Shown here: in pieces, positions 20,075 to 28,800 of the stretch | Layout of the letters: every line of letters begins with the position of its first letter | Numbering within the stretch: position 1 is the first letter of the stretch | DNA from: Desulfurobacteriaceae bacterium | GTDB taxonomy: Bacteria > Aquificota > Aquificia > Desulfurobacteriales > Desulfurobacteriaceae | Length of the DNA stretch: 32,000 bases | Assembly: GCA_027051905.1 (NCBI GenBank) | Contig: JALUGO010000017.1 | Span: 46,554 to 78,553 of the forward strand | Direction: 5' to 3' | Program-made: the position numbers and the translations under genes | Notes under the pieces: model-generated | What the model was told of the DNA's origin: nothing | What the model saw: only the letters and a program-made list of their open reading frames with translations | Databases searched by the model: none

Positions 20075-20103
20075 TTGCAATTGCATAAAGTGTAGACTAA
20101 CTT
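20075..20103 (+). promoter_or_regulatory. Candidate sigma-70 promoter for the SurA-like genes, overlapping a 10-bp palindrome
   Basis: TTGCAA (20075-20080), 17-nt spacer, TAACTT (20098-20103), about 30 nt upstream of the TTG start at 20133. The perfect palindrome TGCAATTGCA (20076-20085) overlaps the -35 element. Pattern match only. Confidence 0.3.
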
Positions 20104-20132
20104 TAGCTCAAATCAACTTTTGGGAGGATAAA

Positions 20133-20684
20133 TTGAGAAAAACGCTAACAGCACTGTTGATTACCCTCTCTGTTTCGGGAGCTTCCTTTGCAGCCGGAAA
20201 GATACTTGCAAAGGTTAACGGCAAAGCCATAACTGAAAACGACCTTCAGGAGGTTATGAAAACCTTGCCTCCAAACTACAAGACTCTTGAGGGCAACCCT
20301 CAGTTCAGAAAACAGATTCTTGAGAATATGGTTAAGGAGGAGCTCCTCTACCAGCAGGCTCTGAAAGAGGGGATCGATAAGGATCCGGAAGTTCAGAAAG
20401 AGATCGAGATGATGAAGAAGAGGATCATAGTTCAAGCACTCTTGAGAAAACACGTTAAACCAGAAGATGTGAAGGTTTCTGACAGTGAGGCAAAAACCTT
20501 CTACGAGAAGAACAAGGAGCGTTTTAAGGATGCAAACGGTAAAGCAGTTCCCTTTCAGACGTTAAAACCGTTTATCGTTCAGAGTTTAAAGCAGCAGAAA
20601 GAACAAGAGGCTTTCAGAAAAGCCCTCGATAAATACGTTGCCGATCTTGAAAAACACTCAAAGGTAGAAGTTTACATTAAATAA
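20133..20684 (+). CDS. SurA/PEB4-like periplasmic chaperone lacking a parvulin domain
   Basis: Start placed at in-frame TTG 20133, after GGGAGG at 20122-20127, giving the signal peptide LRKTLTALLITLSVSGASFA. SurA_N-like segment KVNGKAITENDLQEV...EELLYQQALKEGI. No HILV-type rotamase domain is present. Confidence 0.7.
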   Translation: MRKTLTALLITLSVSGASFAAGKILAKVNGKAITENDLQEVMKTLPPNYKTLEGNPQFRKQILENMVKEELLYQQALKEGIDKDPEVQKEIEMMKKRIIVQALLRKHVKPEDVKVSDSEAKTFYEKNKERFKDANGKAVPFQTLKPFIVQSLKQQKEQEAFRKALDKYVADLEKHSKVEVYIK

Positions 20685-20701
20685 ACAGTTGGGAGGGTAA
20701 A

Positions 20702-21550
20702 GTGCGTCTGGCACTCTTTCTCCTGATCTCTCTTCTATGGGCGTTTCCTTCTTACGGAAAGATAGTTGACTACATAGCGGCCGTTGTCAACGGAGAGCCC
20801 GTTCTCTACAGTGAAATAGTCTCCTATGCAAAGGAGAACGGCATTTCGGACCTCAGAGTTGCCCGGGATAAAGTAATAGAGAAGAAGATACTCCTTACGG
20901 AAGCCAAATCTGAGGGTTTAAAGGTTTCAGATGCTGAAGTTGAAAGAGCTGTTAAGGACTTTATGGAGAAGAACGGAATAAAGGATGAGAAGGAGTTAAA
21001 AAAGCTTCTGGCTAAGGAGGGGCTCTCTTTGAGTGAGATGAAAGAGAAGCTAAGGGAACAGCTTCTCATAGCAAAGCTCATAGCAAGGAACGTTAAGTCG
21101 AAGATTGAAGTTTCAGATGGAGAGATTGAGCAGGTCTGCCAGAAGGAGGAGGGAAAACCGGTAAGGGACGTTTACTACATCTTTACCAGGAACAGGGCAA
21201 CTGCTGATAAGGCTATGGAGCTCCTCAAAAACGGCGTTCCCTTTGAAAAGGTTGCCAGGGAACTCTCTGAAGACAGAGCAACTGCCGAGAACGGCGGTCA
21301 CATCGGCAGGGTAACGCCTGGGATGCTCATAAAACCCCTTGACGAGGCCGTTTGGAGCCTGAAACCTGGGAACTTTAAGCTGATGAGAACCTCTAACGGT
21401 TTTTACATTGTTTACGTAAAGTCTGAAGAAAAAGGAAGCTGCAACAGAGAGAGGATAAGGCAGCAGCTTTACATGATGAAGTTCCAGAAAACCCTTAAAG
21501 ACTACTTAGATAGGCTTAAAAGGACTGCCAGCGTCAAGGTCTACATGTAA
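20702..21550 (+). CDS. SurA/PpiD-like peptidyl-prolyl isomerase with parvulin domain
   Basis: Signal peptide MRLALFLLISLLWAFPSYG; SurA_N-like segment IAAVVNGEPVLYSEI; parvulin-like domain ...LLKNGVPFEKVARELSED...GGHIGRVTPGMLIKPLDEAVWSLKPG...GFYIVYV. Confidence 0.8.
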   Translation: MRLALFLLISLLWAFPSYGKIVDYIAAVVNGEPVLYSEIVSYAKENGISDLRVARDKVIEKKILLTEAKSEGLKVSDAEVERAVKDFMEKNGIKDEKELKKLLAKEGLSLSEMKEKLREQLLIAKLIARNVKSKIEVSDGEIEQVCQKEEGKPVRDVYYIFTRNRATADKAMELLKNGVPFEKVARELSEDRATAENGGHIGRVTPGMLIKPLDEAVWSLKPGNFKLMRTSNGFYIVYVKSEEKGSCNRERIRQQLYMMKFQKTLKDYLDRLKRTASVKVYM

Positions 21551-21574
21551 TTTTCTTTGTAGTAGAATACCACC

Positions 21575-21595
21575 GGGGCTTTATGCCCCTTTTTC
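21575..21595 (+). terminator. Rho-independent terminator after the SurA-like genes
   Basis: GGGGC-TTTAT-GCCCC hairpin (21575-21589) followed by a TTTTT run. Confidence 0.6.
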
Positions 21596-21613
21596 TATTC
21601 AGGAGGTTTTCCT

Positions 21614-22264
21614 TTGGTTACGGTTAAGCTTAAATCTCTTGATGAAATAGTTGAGAGTCTGCGCAGGTTTAATAGAGTTTTTATTTTTGGATGTCAGTTG
21701 GGCTCTGCCCGTTGTAAGAACGGCGGGCTCAGGGAAGCATACAGAGTTGCGGGATACCTTGAGCTTAAAGGTTTTAAGATTACTGGAGTGAAGAGCCCGG
21801 GAGGAACCTGCATTTTAGACAGGCTCAGCTCACCTGAGAGGAACCTTTTAAAGGAGGCGGAGGAGAGTTCTGACGTTATCCTTTCCCTGGCCTGCGGGGC
21901 AGGGACCCAACTGATAGCTGAAAACGTATCAATTCCTGTTAAAACCGGTGTTACAACCCTCTTTATAGGAGCTGAGAGGGACGGGCGCTACTTTGAGGAA
22001 TACTGTATCGCCTGTGGAGATTGTGTCATATCCAGCACAGGGGGTATCTGCCCCGTAGCACGCTGTCCTAAGTCTCTGGTAAATGGCCCCTGTGGAGGAG
22101 CCATTGCCGGAAAGTGTGAGGTTGACCCGAATCTTTCCTGTATCTGGTTCAGAATCGCCCAGAGGATGGAGCAGATAGGGGAGCTCCCCGACCTCAGAAA
22201 ACCGGTTCCTCCTAAAGACTACTCACTCTCTGTTTACCCGAGAAAATTAGTGCTGGAGGAGTAG
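21614..22264 (+). CDS. metV: Methylenetetrahydrofolate reductase small subunit MetV (MTHFR C-terminal-like, Cys-rich)
   Basis: TTG start 7 nt after AGGAGG (21601-21606). Cys-rich block CIACGDCVISSTGGICPVARCPKSLVNGPCGG...KCEVDP..CIW is typical of MetV. Immediately precedes metF. Confidence 0.75.
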   Translation: MVTVKLKSLDEIVESLRRFNRVFIFGCQLGSARCKNGGLREAYRVAGYLELKGFKITGVKSPGGTCILDRLSSPERNLLKEAEESSDVILSLACGAGTQLIAENVSIPVKTGVTTLFIGAERDGRYFEEYCIACGDCVISSTGGICPVARCPKSLVNGPCGGAIAGKCEVDPNLSCIWFRIAQRMEQIGELPDLRKPVPPKDYSLSVYPRKLVLEE

Positions 22265-23152
22265 TTGTCTTTCAGGGAGAAGGTAGCTACAGGAAAGTTT
22301 GTAATAACTGCAGAAGTTGCTCCGCCACGGGGAACCGACTACACCTCTGTAATTAAAGCTATAGAGCCGTTAAAGGGAAAAGTTGACGCCTTTAACGTTA
22401 CAGACTGCCAGCGTTCAATGGTCAGAATGGCACCTCTGCCGATGGCGAAGTTCCTGAAAGATTCAGGCTACGAGCCGATTTTACAGCTTACCTGTAGAGA
22501 TAGGAACAGGATAGCTCTTCAGGCGGAACTGCTTGGAGCATATGCTCTAGGAATTGAGAACGTCTGCCTTATGACCGGAGACTTCACAACCCTTGGAGAC
22601 CAGCCGGATGCCAAACCAGTTTTTGACCTTGACTCCGTTCAGCTCATCGAGGTTGCCTCCACACTGAACTCAGGAAGACTCATGAACGGAAAAGAGCTTC
22701 AGGGAAGAGTGGATCTCTTTATCGGAGCAGTTTACAATCCCTTTGCAGGGCCTGAGATCCTTCAGGTCTGGAAACTTGAAAAGAAGATAAAAGCCGGAGC
22801 TAAATTCATCCAGACCCAGCCCATCTACGACGTTGAGCTTGCCAGAAAGGTTAGTGACCTCATCTACTCCCTTGGAGCTGTTCCCGTTGTTGGAATACTT
22901 CCGATAAAGAGCCTGAAGATGGCAAACTTTATGAAAAAACTGAACCCCACTTCTGTTCCCGATTCTCTGATAGAAGGGCTTGAGAGGGCTTCTAACCCTG
23001 CCACTTACGGCTGGGATTTCGCCGTAGATGTTGCAAAGGCATGTATAGAGTTTTCAGGAGGCGTTCACTTTATGCTTGTTGGTAAGGTTCAGGAGCTTGC
23101 CTCCTTTATAGATTTTGTAAAGAATCACAGGGATTACAACGGCAAGTTTTAG
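22265..23152 (+). CDS. metF: 5,10-methylenetetrahydrofolate reductase, MetF (short, acetogen-like type)
   Basis: N-terminus KFVITAEVAPPRGTD, FNVTDCQRS, LTCRDRNR, FIQTQPIYD motifs. TTG start directly after the metV stop. Confidence 0.85.
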   Translation: MSFREKVATGKFVITAEVAPPRGTDYTSVIKAIEPLKGKVDAFNVTDCQRSMVRMAPLPMAKFLKDSGYEPILQLTCRDRNRIALQAELLGAYALGIENVCLMTGDFTTLGDQPDAKPVFDLDSVQLIEVASTLNSGRLMNGKELQGRVDLFIGAVYNPFAGPEILQVWKLEKKIKAGAKFIQTQPIYDVELARKVSDLIYSLGAVPVVGILPIKSLKMANFMKKLNPTSVPDSLIEGLERASNPATYGWDFAVDVAKACIEFSGGVHFMLVGKVQELASFIDFVKNHRDYNGKF

Positions 23153-23160
23153 AGGGGGAA

Positions 23161-23847
23161 ATGGAAAACTTACCGCTCCACGTTGGAATTATTATGGATG
23201 GAAACGGCCGCTGGGCGGTTAAACGTGGCCTTCCAAGGATTGAGGGACACAGAAAAGGGGCGGAAACCACAGAGAAAATAGTTATAGCTGCGAGCAATTC
23301 GGGAATTAAATACCTCTCCCTATATGCATTTTCTACTGAAAACTGGAAGAGACCAAAAGAGGAGGTAAACTTTCTCTTCTCCCTTATGTATGAATATGTA
23401 AGGAGCAAGTTAGACCTGTTCCTTGAGAACAACGTAAGGTTCAAGGCTATGGGGAGGCTGTGGGAGCTCCCTGACTATCTCCAGGAAGGTTTTGCCTGGA
23501 TGGAGGAACAGACCGCCAACTGCACCGGAATGACTGCCGTTTTTGCCGTCAACTACGGAGGCCGTCAGGAGATTTTAGACGCTGTAAATAGGATCCTTAA
23601 GAGTGGTCTTGACTCTGTTGACCAAGAGACATTTAGGAAATACCTCTACATTCCTGAGCTTCCGGACCTTGACCTCCTCATTAGAACCAGCGGGGAGCTC
23701 CGCATCTCAAACTTCCTCCTGTGGCAATCTGCCTACACGGAGCTCTGGTTCACAGATACCCTCTGGCCGGACTTTACGGAAGAAGAGTTTAAAAAAGCCC
23801 TTGAGGATTTCTCCCGTCGGGAGAGGAGGTTCGGCGGAATAAAATGA
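23161..23847 (+). CDS. uppS: Undecaprenyl-diphosphate synthase (cis-prenyltransferase)
   Basis: HVGIIMDGNGRWA, AFSTENWKRP, IRTSGELRISNFLLWQ, RRFGG motifs. Confidence 0.95.
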   Translation: MENLPLHVGIIMDGNGRWAVKRGLPRIEGHRKGAETTEKIVIAASNSGIKYLSLYAFSTENWKRPKEEVNFLFSLMYEYVRSKLDLFLENNVRFKAMGRLWELPDYLQEGFAWMEEQTANCTGMTAVFAVNYGGRQEILDAVNRILKSGLDSVDQETFRKYLYIPELPDLDLLIRTSGELRISNFLLWQSAYTELWFTDTLWPDFTEEEFKKALEDFSRRERRFGGIK

Positions 23848-24668
23848 GGAAGAGGCTCCTTGGAGCAGTTATAGTTGTAGCCTACACACTTCTCATGTTT
23901 TTCTCTCCTCAACATGTTTACGCTCTTTTAGTTTACGTTATAGGAGCTCTTGCTGTTGGAGAGCTCTTCTCCCTTTCCGGATTCAGCCGATACCAAACGG
24001 CGGCAGTTCTTCTCTTTTCCCTAATCTTTCTGACCTTTGTAAACGTTCCAGGAGCTATAAAACTCCTGAGCCACATCTACACAAACCTTGCAATCTCCTT
24101 TTACTCGGGAACGTTCATCTCCTCACTTCTCATTCTCTCTCCCCTTTTTCTTTTCCTTTCTCTATTTACTTACGCTCTAATAGTTGACAGCTCTGTGGAC
24201 AAAGACTTCTTTACCACTCTTGCTTTCTTTCTCTACTTAACATTTGGAATTCTTTCCCTATCGGCTCTCTCCAGAGAGTATTTTCTCCTCCTCATTTCTC
24301 TCGTCTGGTCAACCGATACCTTTGCCTACCTTGTGGGAAAATACTTTGGCAGGAAGAAACTCATCCCTTCTGTAAGTCCCAAAAAGACCGTTGAGGGTTC
24401 GATAGGCGGCTCTGTTGCCGGAACACTTATCTCTTATATCCTTGCCGTAAAACTCTCTCTTCTTCCAGACGGTTTTATCACCCTTCTTCTTCTCTTCCTG
24501 CTTACCCTTGTTTCTCAGATTGGAGACCTTTTTGAAAGTGCTCTGAAGCGTTCCTTTGGCGTAAAGGATTCCGGAAACATCATTCCCGGCCATGGGGGTA
24601 TCCTTGATAGAATAGACAGCACCCTGGCAGTTGCTCCAGTCCTGTTTGTTGTTGGAGGTATTAGTTGA
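23844..24668 (+). CDS. cdsA: Phosphatidate cytidylyltransferase
   Basis: Polytopic membrane protein with the CDS signature SALKRSFGVKDSGNIIPGHGGILDRIDS. ATGA overlap with uppS. Confidence 0.92.
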   Translation: MRKRLLGAVIVVAYTLLMFFSPQHVYALLVYVIGALAVGELFSLSGFSRYQTAAVLLFSLIFLTFVNVPGAIKLLSHIYTNLAISFYSGTFISSLLILSPLFLFLSLFTYALIVDSSVDKDFFTTLAFFLYLTFGILSLSALSREYFLLLISLVWSTDTFAYLVGKYFGRKKLIPSVSPKKTVEGSIGGSVAGTLISYILAVKLSLLPDGFITLLLLFLLTLVSQIGDLFESALKRSFGVKDSGNIIPGHGGILDRIDSTLAVAPVLFVVGGIS

Positions 24669-25651
24669 AAAGGGTGGAAATTGGCCACGGAAGTGGTGGG
24701 AAGCTGACAAAGGAACTGATTGAGGAGGTTTTCCTTAAACACTTTGACTTTCCAGAGCTCCACACCCTTCAGGACGCCACATACCTTCCCGGCCTTTCAA
24801 AGATTGCTGTTACGACAGACTCTTACGTTGTTCGGCCTCTCTTCTTCCCTGGTGGAGACATTGGAAAACTATCTATTTCCGGAACCGTTAACGACCTTAC
24901 TGTTAGCGGAGCTCTCCCCCGCTACATAACAGTCGGCTTTATCGTTGAAGAGGGACTTCCCCTTGAAACTCTTGAGAGAGTAGTCTCCTCAATGGCAGAA
25001 ACCGCCCGTTCTGCCGGCGTTAAAATCGTTGCAGGAGACACAAAGGTAGTTGAAAAAGGAAAGTGTGACGGTATTTACATAAACACCGCCGGAGTTGGTG
25101 AGGTTGTGAGGGAGCTCTCCCCAAAACTTGTTAAGCCGGGTGATAAAGTCATTGTAACCGGTTTTATCGGAGACCACGGAATCGCCATTTCTTTAGCCCG
25201 TGAGGAGTTTGAGGTTGAAACTCCCGTAGAGAGCGACTGTGCTCCTTTAAACTCGCTCCTTACACCCCTCTTTGAACTCCCCGGTCTTAGGTTTATGAGA
25301 GACCCTACCCGTGGAGGTCTTGCAACCGTTTTAGTTGAGCTCTCTGAATCCTCTAACCTTGGCGTCAGGATTTACGAGCTCCAGATACCCGTTAGGAAAT
25401 CTGTTCGTTTCATCTGCGACATGTTAGGCTATGACCCTCTCTACCTTGCAAACGAGGGTAAAGCTGTTGTGGTTGTTTCACAAGAAGACGCAGAAAGAGC
25501 ACTTGAAATTCTTAAATCCTACCCTTTAGGAAAAGACGCCGCAGTTATCGGGGAAGTTGTAGAGGAGCCGGGAGTTGTTCTCGTAACCTCCGTCGGCGGA
25601 GAGAGGAGACTTGAGCTCTTAGAGGAAGACCCGCTTCCAAGGATCTGTTAA
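24665..25651 (+). CDS. hypE: [NiFe]-hydrogenase maturation protein HypE
   Basis: PurM-like fold motifs (HGSGG, GDTKV) and the diagnostic C-terminal PRIC. TTG start 6 nt after GGAGG; 4-nt overlap with cdsA. Confidence 0.92.
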   Translation: MKRVEIGHGSGGKLTKELIEEVFLKHFDFPELHTLQDATYLPGLSKIAVTTDSYVVRPLFFPGGDIGKLSISGTVNDLTVSGALPRYITVGFIVEEGLPLETLERVVSSMAETARSAGVKIVAGDTKVVEKGKCDGIYINTAGVGEVVRELSPKLVKPGDKVIVTGFIGDHGIAISLAREEFEVETPVESDCAPLNSLLTPLFELPGLRFMRDPTRGGLATVLVELSESSNLGVRIYELQIPVRKSVRFICDMLGYDPLYLANEGKAVVVVSQEDAERALEILKSYPLGKDAAVIGEVVEEPGVVLVTSVGGERRLELLEEDPLPRIC

Positions 25652-26422
25652 ATGAGCCACCTGATTCAGACGGTTCTCATCTCTTACCTGTTTATCGTTT
25701 TAGTCATACTCTTTGACCTGAAGTTCAGATCTGGAATGTGGAGGGAGCTCCTTCTCTCCTCCCTCCTCTCACTCCTCCAGCTTCTTGCCATAGCCTTTGT
25801 TATCCTCTACCTCTTAAAACTAAACATCTCTTTCCTCAATTTTGGAATCGTTTTCCTTTTCTTTTTCAACGCCTCCGTTATAGCCTACCTTCGCCTAAAG
25901 CCCTTTCCCTACTCCACTCTGAAAACATTCTTAATCGTTTTCTTCTCAATCTCCCTCATCTCTTCCTTTTCCCTCTTTCTCCTCTACCTTGCCGGAATTC
26001 TCAAACCGACTCCAACATCACTTATCCCCCTTGCGGGTATCGTTACGGCTGCTGGAATGAGGAGCCTCTCTCTTGCCTTCAGGTACTTTAAAACCCGTCT
26101 TCTTGATCTTCAGGACATTCTACTTGGAATGTTTGCCCTTGGAGCAACAGACCTTCAGGTGTTTAGCTTTGTTTTCAAAAGCCTTATAGACGACATAACC
26201 GTTCCTGTCAGAGACATGTTCCGTTCTGCCGGAATAGTCCACATTCCCGGCGTTATGGTCGGTCTTCTCCTTTCAGGAGTCTTCCCTATAAAGGCTGCAG
26301 CTGTTCAGTTTGCCATTTTGAGCACAATGGTTTTTCAGTTTACGTTTACGCCGGCAGCTGCACTTTTCCTTCTAGTTTTCCTTTTTGGTCTCAAGATTTA
26401 TCCTGGAGGAAACAATGGATAG
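25652..26422 (+). CDS. FetB/YbbM (UPF0014) family ABC-type permease, no cognate ATPase in window
   Basis: Polytopic membrane protein. Segments match my recollection of E. coli FetB: LQLLAIAFVILYLLK, FNASVIAY, IPLAGIVTAAGM, LGATDLQV, GIVHIPGVMVGLLLSGVFPIKAAAVQ. Confidence 0.7.
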   Translation: MSHLIQTVLISYLFIVLVILFDLKFRSGMWRELLLSSLLSLLQLLAIAFVILYLLKLNISFLNFGIVFLFFFNASVIAYLRLKPFPYSTLKTFLIVFFSISLISSFSLFLLYLAGILKPTPTSLIPLAGIVTAAGMRSLSLAFRYFKTRLLDLQDILLGMFALGATDLQVFSFVFKSLIDDITVPVRDMFRSAGIVHIPGVMVGLLLSGVFPIKAAAVQFAILSTMVFQFTFTPAAALFLLVFLFGLKIYPGGNNG

Positions 26423-27467
26423 AGTTAAAGAGTTTGTTGAGCTTATCCACTCACTTGCTCCTAAAGACAGAAAGGTTAAGATAATGAACGTCTGCGGTTC
26501 CCACGAGCATACAATCGCCTACAGCGGTTTAAGGTCTTTAATGCCTGAAACCGTTGAGCTTGTTCCCGGCCCGGGGTGTCCCGTCTGTGTCTGTTCTGAG
26601 AGCGACGTAATAAATGCTATAAACCTTTCAAAACGTCCCGATGTTATCCTCTGCACCTACGGCGACATGCTGAGAGTTCCTACCCGTATAGGATCTATTC
26701 GGTCAAACGGCGGGAACTACAGAATGGTTTCGGCTCCCCACGAGGTTCTAAAAATTGCCAGGGAAAACCCCGATAAAAAGGTCGTCTTTTTCTCAATCGG
26801 CTTTGAGACGACAACTGCTCCAACTGCAGCCCTCCTTGAAATGGGAGTTCCTAAAAACCTGTTTATCCTTACTTCTCATAAGCTCACCCCTGAAATTATG
26901 GAAGTTCTTGTTAAGGACTCTGAAGTTGGAGTTGACGCCTTTGTTGCCCCCGGCCACGTCTCTGCAATAGTTGGTTCAAATGCCTGGAGGATTTTCCCTG
27001 AAAATTATGGAATTCCAACGGTTGTTGCCGGTTTTGAACCTGAAAACCTCCTCCTTGCCTTCGTCAGAATCCTTTACCAGATAAAAGAAGGGAAAGCTGA
27101 GCTTGAAAATGTTTATAAGGGAGTTGTAAAGCCTGAAGGGAACAGGAGAGCTCAGGAACTTATGTATAAATACTTTGAAAAGGCAGATGTCAACTGGAGA
27201 GGAATAGGAAACATCCCGAAGTCCGGCCTTGAGTTCCGCCCCGAATACGCCCAACTTAACGCAAAAGCCGTCTTTAACCTTCCCGAAATAAAGGAGGAAA
27301 AAATTCCCGGCTGCATCTGCGACAGAGTGGTTCTGGGAAAAGCCTATCCGACCGACTGCAAACTCTACGGAACTGCCTGCACACCAAGGAATCCGAAAGG
27401 TCCCTGTATGGTATCTTTAGAGGGAGCCTGCAATATCTGGTTCCGTTCAGGTGTTAAAACCGCTTAG
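26415..27467 (+). CDS. hypD: [NiFe]-hydrogenase maturation protein HypD
   Basis: Start at ATG 26415, after GGAGGA at 26405-26410. Motifs CGSHEH, GPGCPVCV, GFETT, PGHVS and the C-terminal Cys cluster. Confidence 0.93.
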   Translation: MDRVKEFVELIHSLAPKDRKVKIMNVCGSHEHTIAYSGLRSLMPETVELVPGPGCPVCVCSESDVINAINLSKRPDVILCTYGDMLRVPTRIGSIRSNGGNYRMVSAPHEVLKIARENPDKKVVFFSIGFETTTAPTAALLEMGVPKNLFILTSHKLTPEIMEVLVKDSEVGVDAFVAPGHVSAIVGSNAWRIFPENYGIPTVVAGFEPENLLLAFVRILYQIKEGKAELENVYKGVVKPEGNRRAQELMYKYFEKADVNWRGIGNIPKSGLEFRPEYAQLNAKAVFNLPEIKEEKIPGCICDRVVLGKAYPTDCKLYGTACTPRNPKGPCMVSLEGACNIWFRSGVKTA

Positions 27468-27477
27468 AGTTTGAAAG

Positions 27478-28800
27478 ATGGAGTGTAAAGTTCTACTGGT
27501 TGAAGATGATGACGTTCAGAGGGAGCTCCTTAAAGAGATACTCTCCGAGGCCGGCTTTAAGGTTCTGACCTCGTCTACTGCCGAGGGAGCTCTCTCCCTC
27601 CTCTCCCGTGAAAACCCCGGGGTTGTCGTTACAGACGTTCGCCTTCCCGGTATGGACGGAATAACATTCCTCAAAAAGGTAAAGTCTGAGTTTCCAGAAA
27701 CAGAGGTCATAGTAATTACCGCCTTCAGCAGCGTTGAGGACGCCGTTGGCGCCATAAAGTCTGGCGCCTTCCACTACGTTACAAAACCTTTTGATCCTTC
27801 AGTTCTTATAAACCTTATTGAAAAGGCCTACCAGCTTGTTTCTCTGCGGCAACAGACCCCTTCAGAGAGCTCTGGCATCGTCTACGCATCCCGTCAGATG
27901 GAGGAACTCCTATTCAAAGCCTCACTCTACGCAAAGAGTGAGGCCCCCGTCCTCATTTTGGGGGAGAGCGGCGTAGGTAAGGAACTCCTTGCCCGTTACA
28001 TTCACAGAGAGAGTGGCCGAAAAGGGAAATTTGTTTCTGTAAACTGTGCCGCAATTCCTGAAAACCTCTTTGAGAGCGAGCTCTTTGGTTACGTAAAGGG
28101 GGCGTTTACGGGAGCTCTTTCAGACAAACCGGGGCTTTTTGAAGAGGCAGACGGTGGAACCCTCTTTTTGGACGAAATAGGGGAGCTCCCCCTGTCACTT
28201 CAGGCAAAACTTCTCAGGGTTCTTCAGGAGGGAGAGGTTCGTCGCCTTGGGAGTAATAGAACTAAAAAAGTTGACGTAAAACTCGTTGCCGCAACAAACA
28301 GAGATTTAAAAGAGCTGGTCTCTCAGGGTAAGTTTAGAGAAGATCTCTACTACAGGCTCAACGTTTTAACTCTCAAAATCCCTCCCCTGCGGGAAAGGCC
28401 TGAAGACATTACTGCCCTTACCGGCTACTTCCTGAAAAAATTTTCGTCAAAATATGGAAAAAAGGTAGAGATGACTCCTGAAGCCCTTGAAATTCTCCTT
28501 TCCCATTCCTTCCCTGGAAACGTGAGGGAGCTTGAGAACCTCATCCACAGGCTAGTAATAACTTCAGACGGCACGATAAAACCGGAAGACCTGAAAGACC
28601 TGACAGATTCAAAATCCCAATCACCTGAAGAAATCACCCTTGACTTCTCTGAACCGCTTCCTCAGAAAGTTGCCCGCCTTGAGAAGATGATGATTGAAGA
28701 AGCCCTTAAGAGAACAGGCTACGTTCAGACAAAAGCAGCTAAACTCTTAGGGATAGACGAGAAATCCCTGAGGTATAAGAGGAGGAAGTACGGAATATGA
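27478..28800 (+). CDS. Sigma-54-dependent response regulator (NtrC/ZraR/AtoC family enhancer-binding protein)
   Basis: REC domain (LLVEDDD...DVRLPGMDG...K); AAA+ domain with Walker A GESGVGKE and the sigma-54 contact loop GAFTGA; C-terminal Fis-type HTH (QTKAAKLLGIDEKSLRYK). Confidence 0.93.
   Translation: MECKVLLVEDDDVQRELLKEILSEAGFKVLTSSTAEGALSLLSRENPGVVVTDVRLPGMDGITFLKKVKSEFPETEVIVITAFSSVEDAVGAIKSGAFHYVTKPFDPSVLINLIEKAYQLVSLRQQTPSESSGIVYASRQMEELLFKASLYAKSEAPVLILGESGVGKELLARYIHRESGRKGKFVSVNCAAIPENLFESELFGYVKGAFTGALSDKPGLFEEADGGTLFLDEIGELPLSLQAKLLRVLQEGEVRRLGSNRTKKVDVKLVAATNRDLKELVSQGKFREDLYYRLNVLTLKIPPLRERPEDITALTGYFLKKFSSKYGKKVEMTPEALEILLSHSFPGNVRELENLIHRLVITSDGTIKPEDLKDLTDSKSQSPEEITLDFSEPLPQKVARLEKMMIEEALKRTGYVQTKAAKLLGIDEKSLRYKRRKYGI

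Noticed and set aside
21563-21568. TAGAAT -10-like hexamer upstream of metV.
   Set aside because: No acceptable -35 element at 17 bp, and the terminator hairpin starts only 7 nt downstream. The evidence is too weak to call a promoter.
25738-26091. 117-aa same-strand out-of-frame ORF inside the FetB-like permease gene. Similar cases: 9154-9348 in truB, 23603-23842 in uppS, 24720-24929 in hypE, 26755-26970 in hypD.
   Set aside because: Pro/Leu/Ser-rich translations typical of alternative frames, while the primary frames carry unambiguous family motifs.
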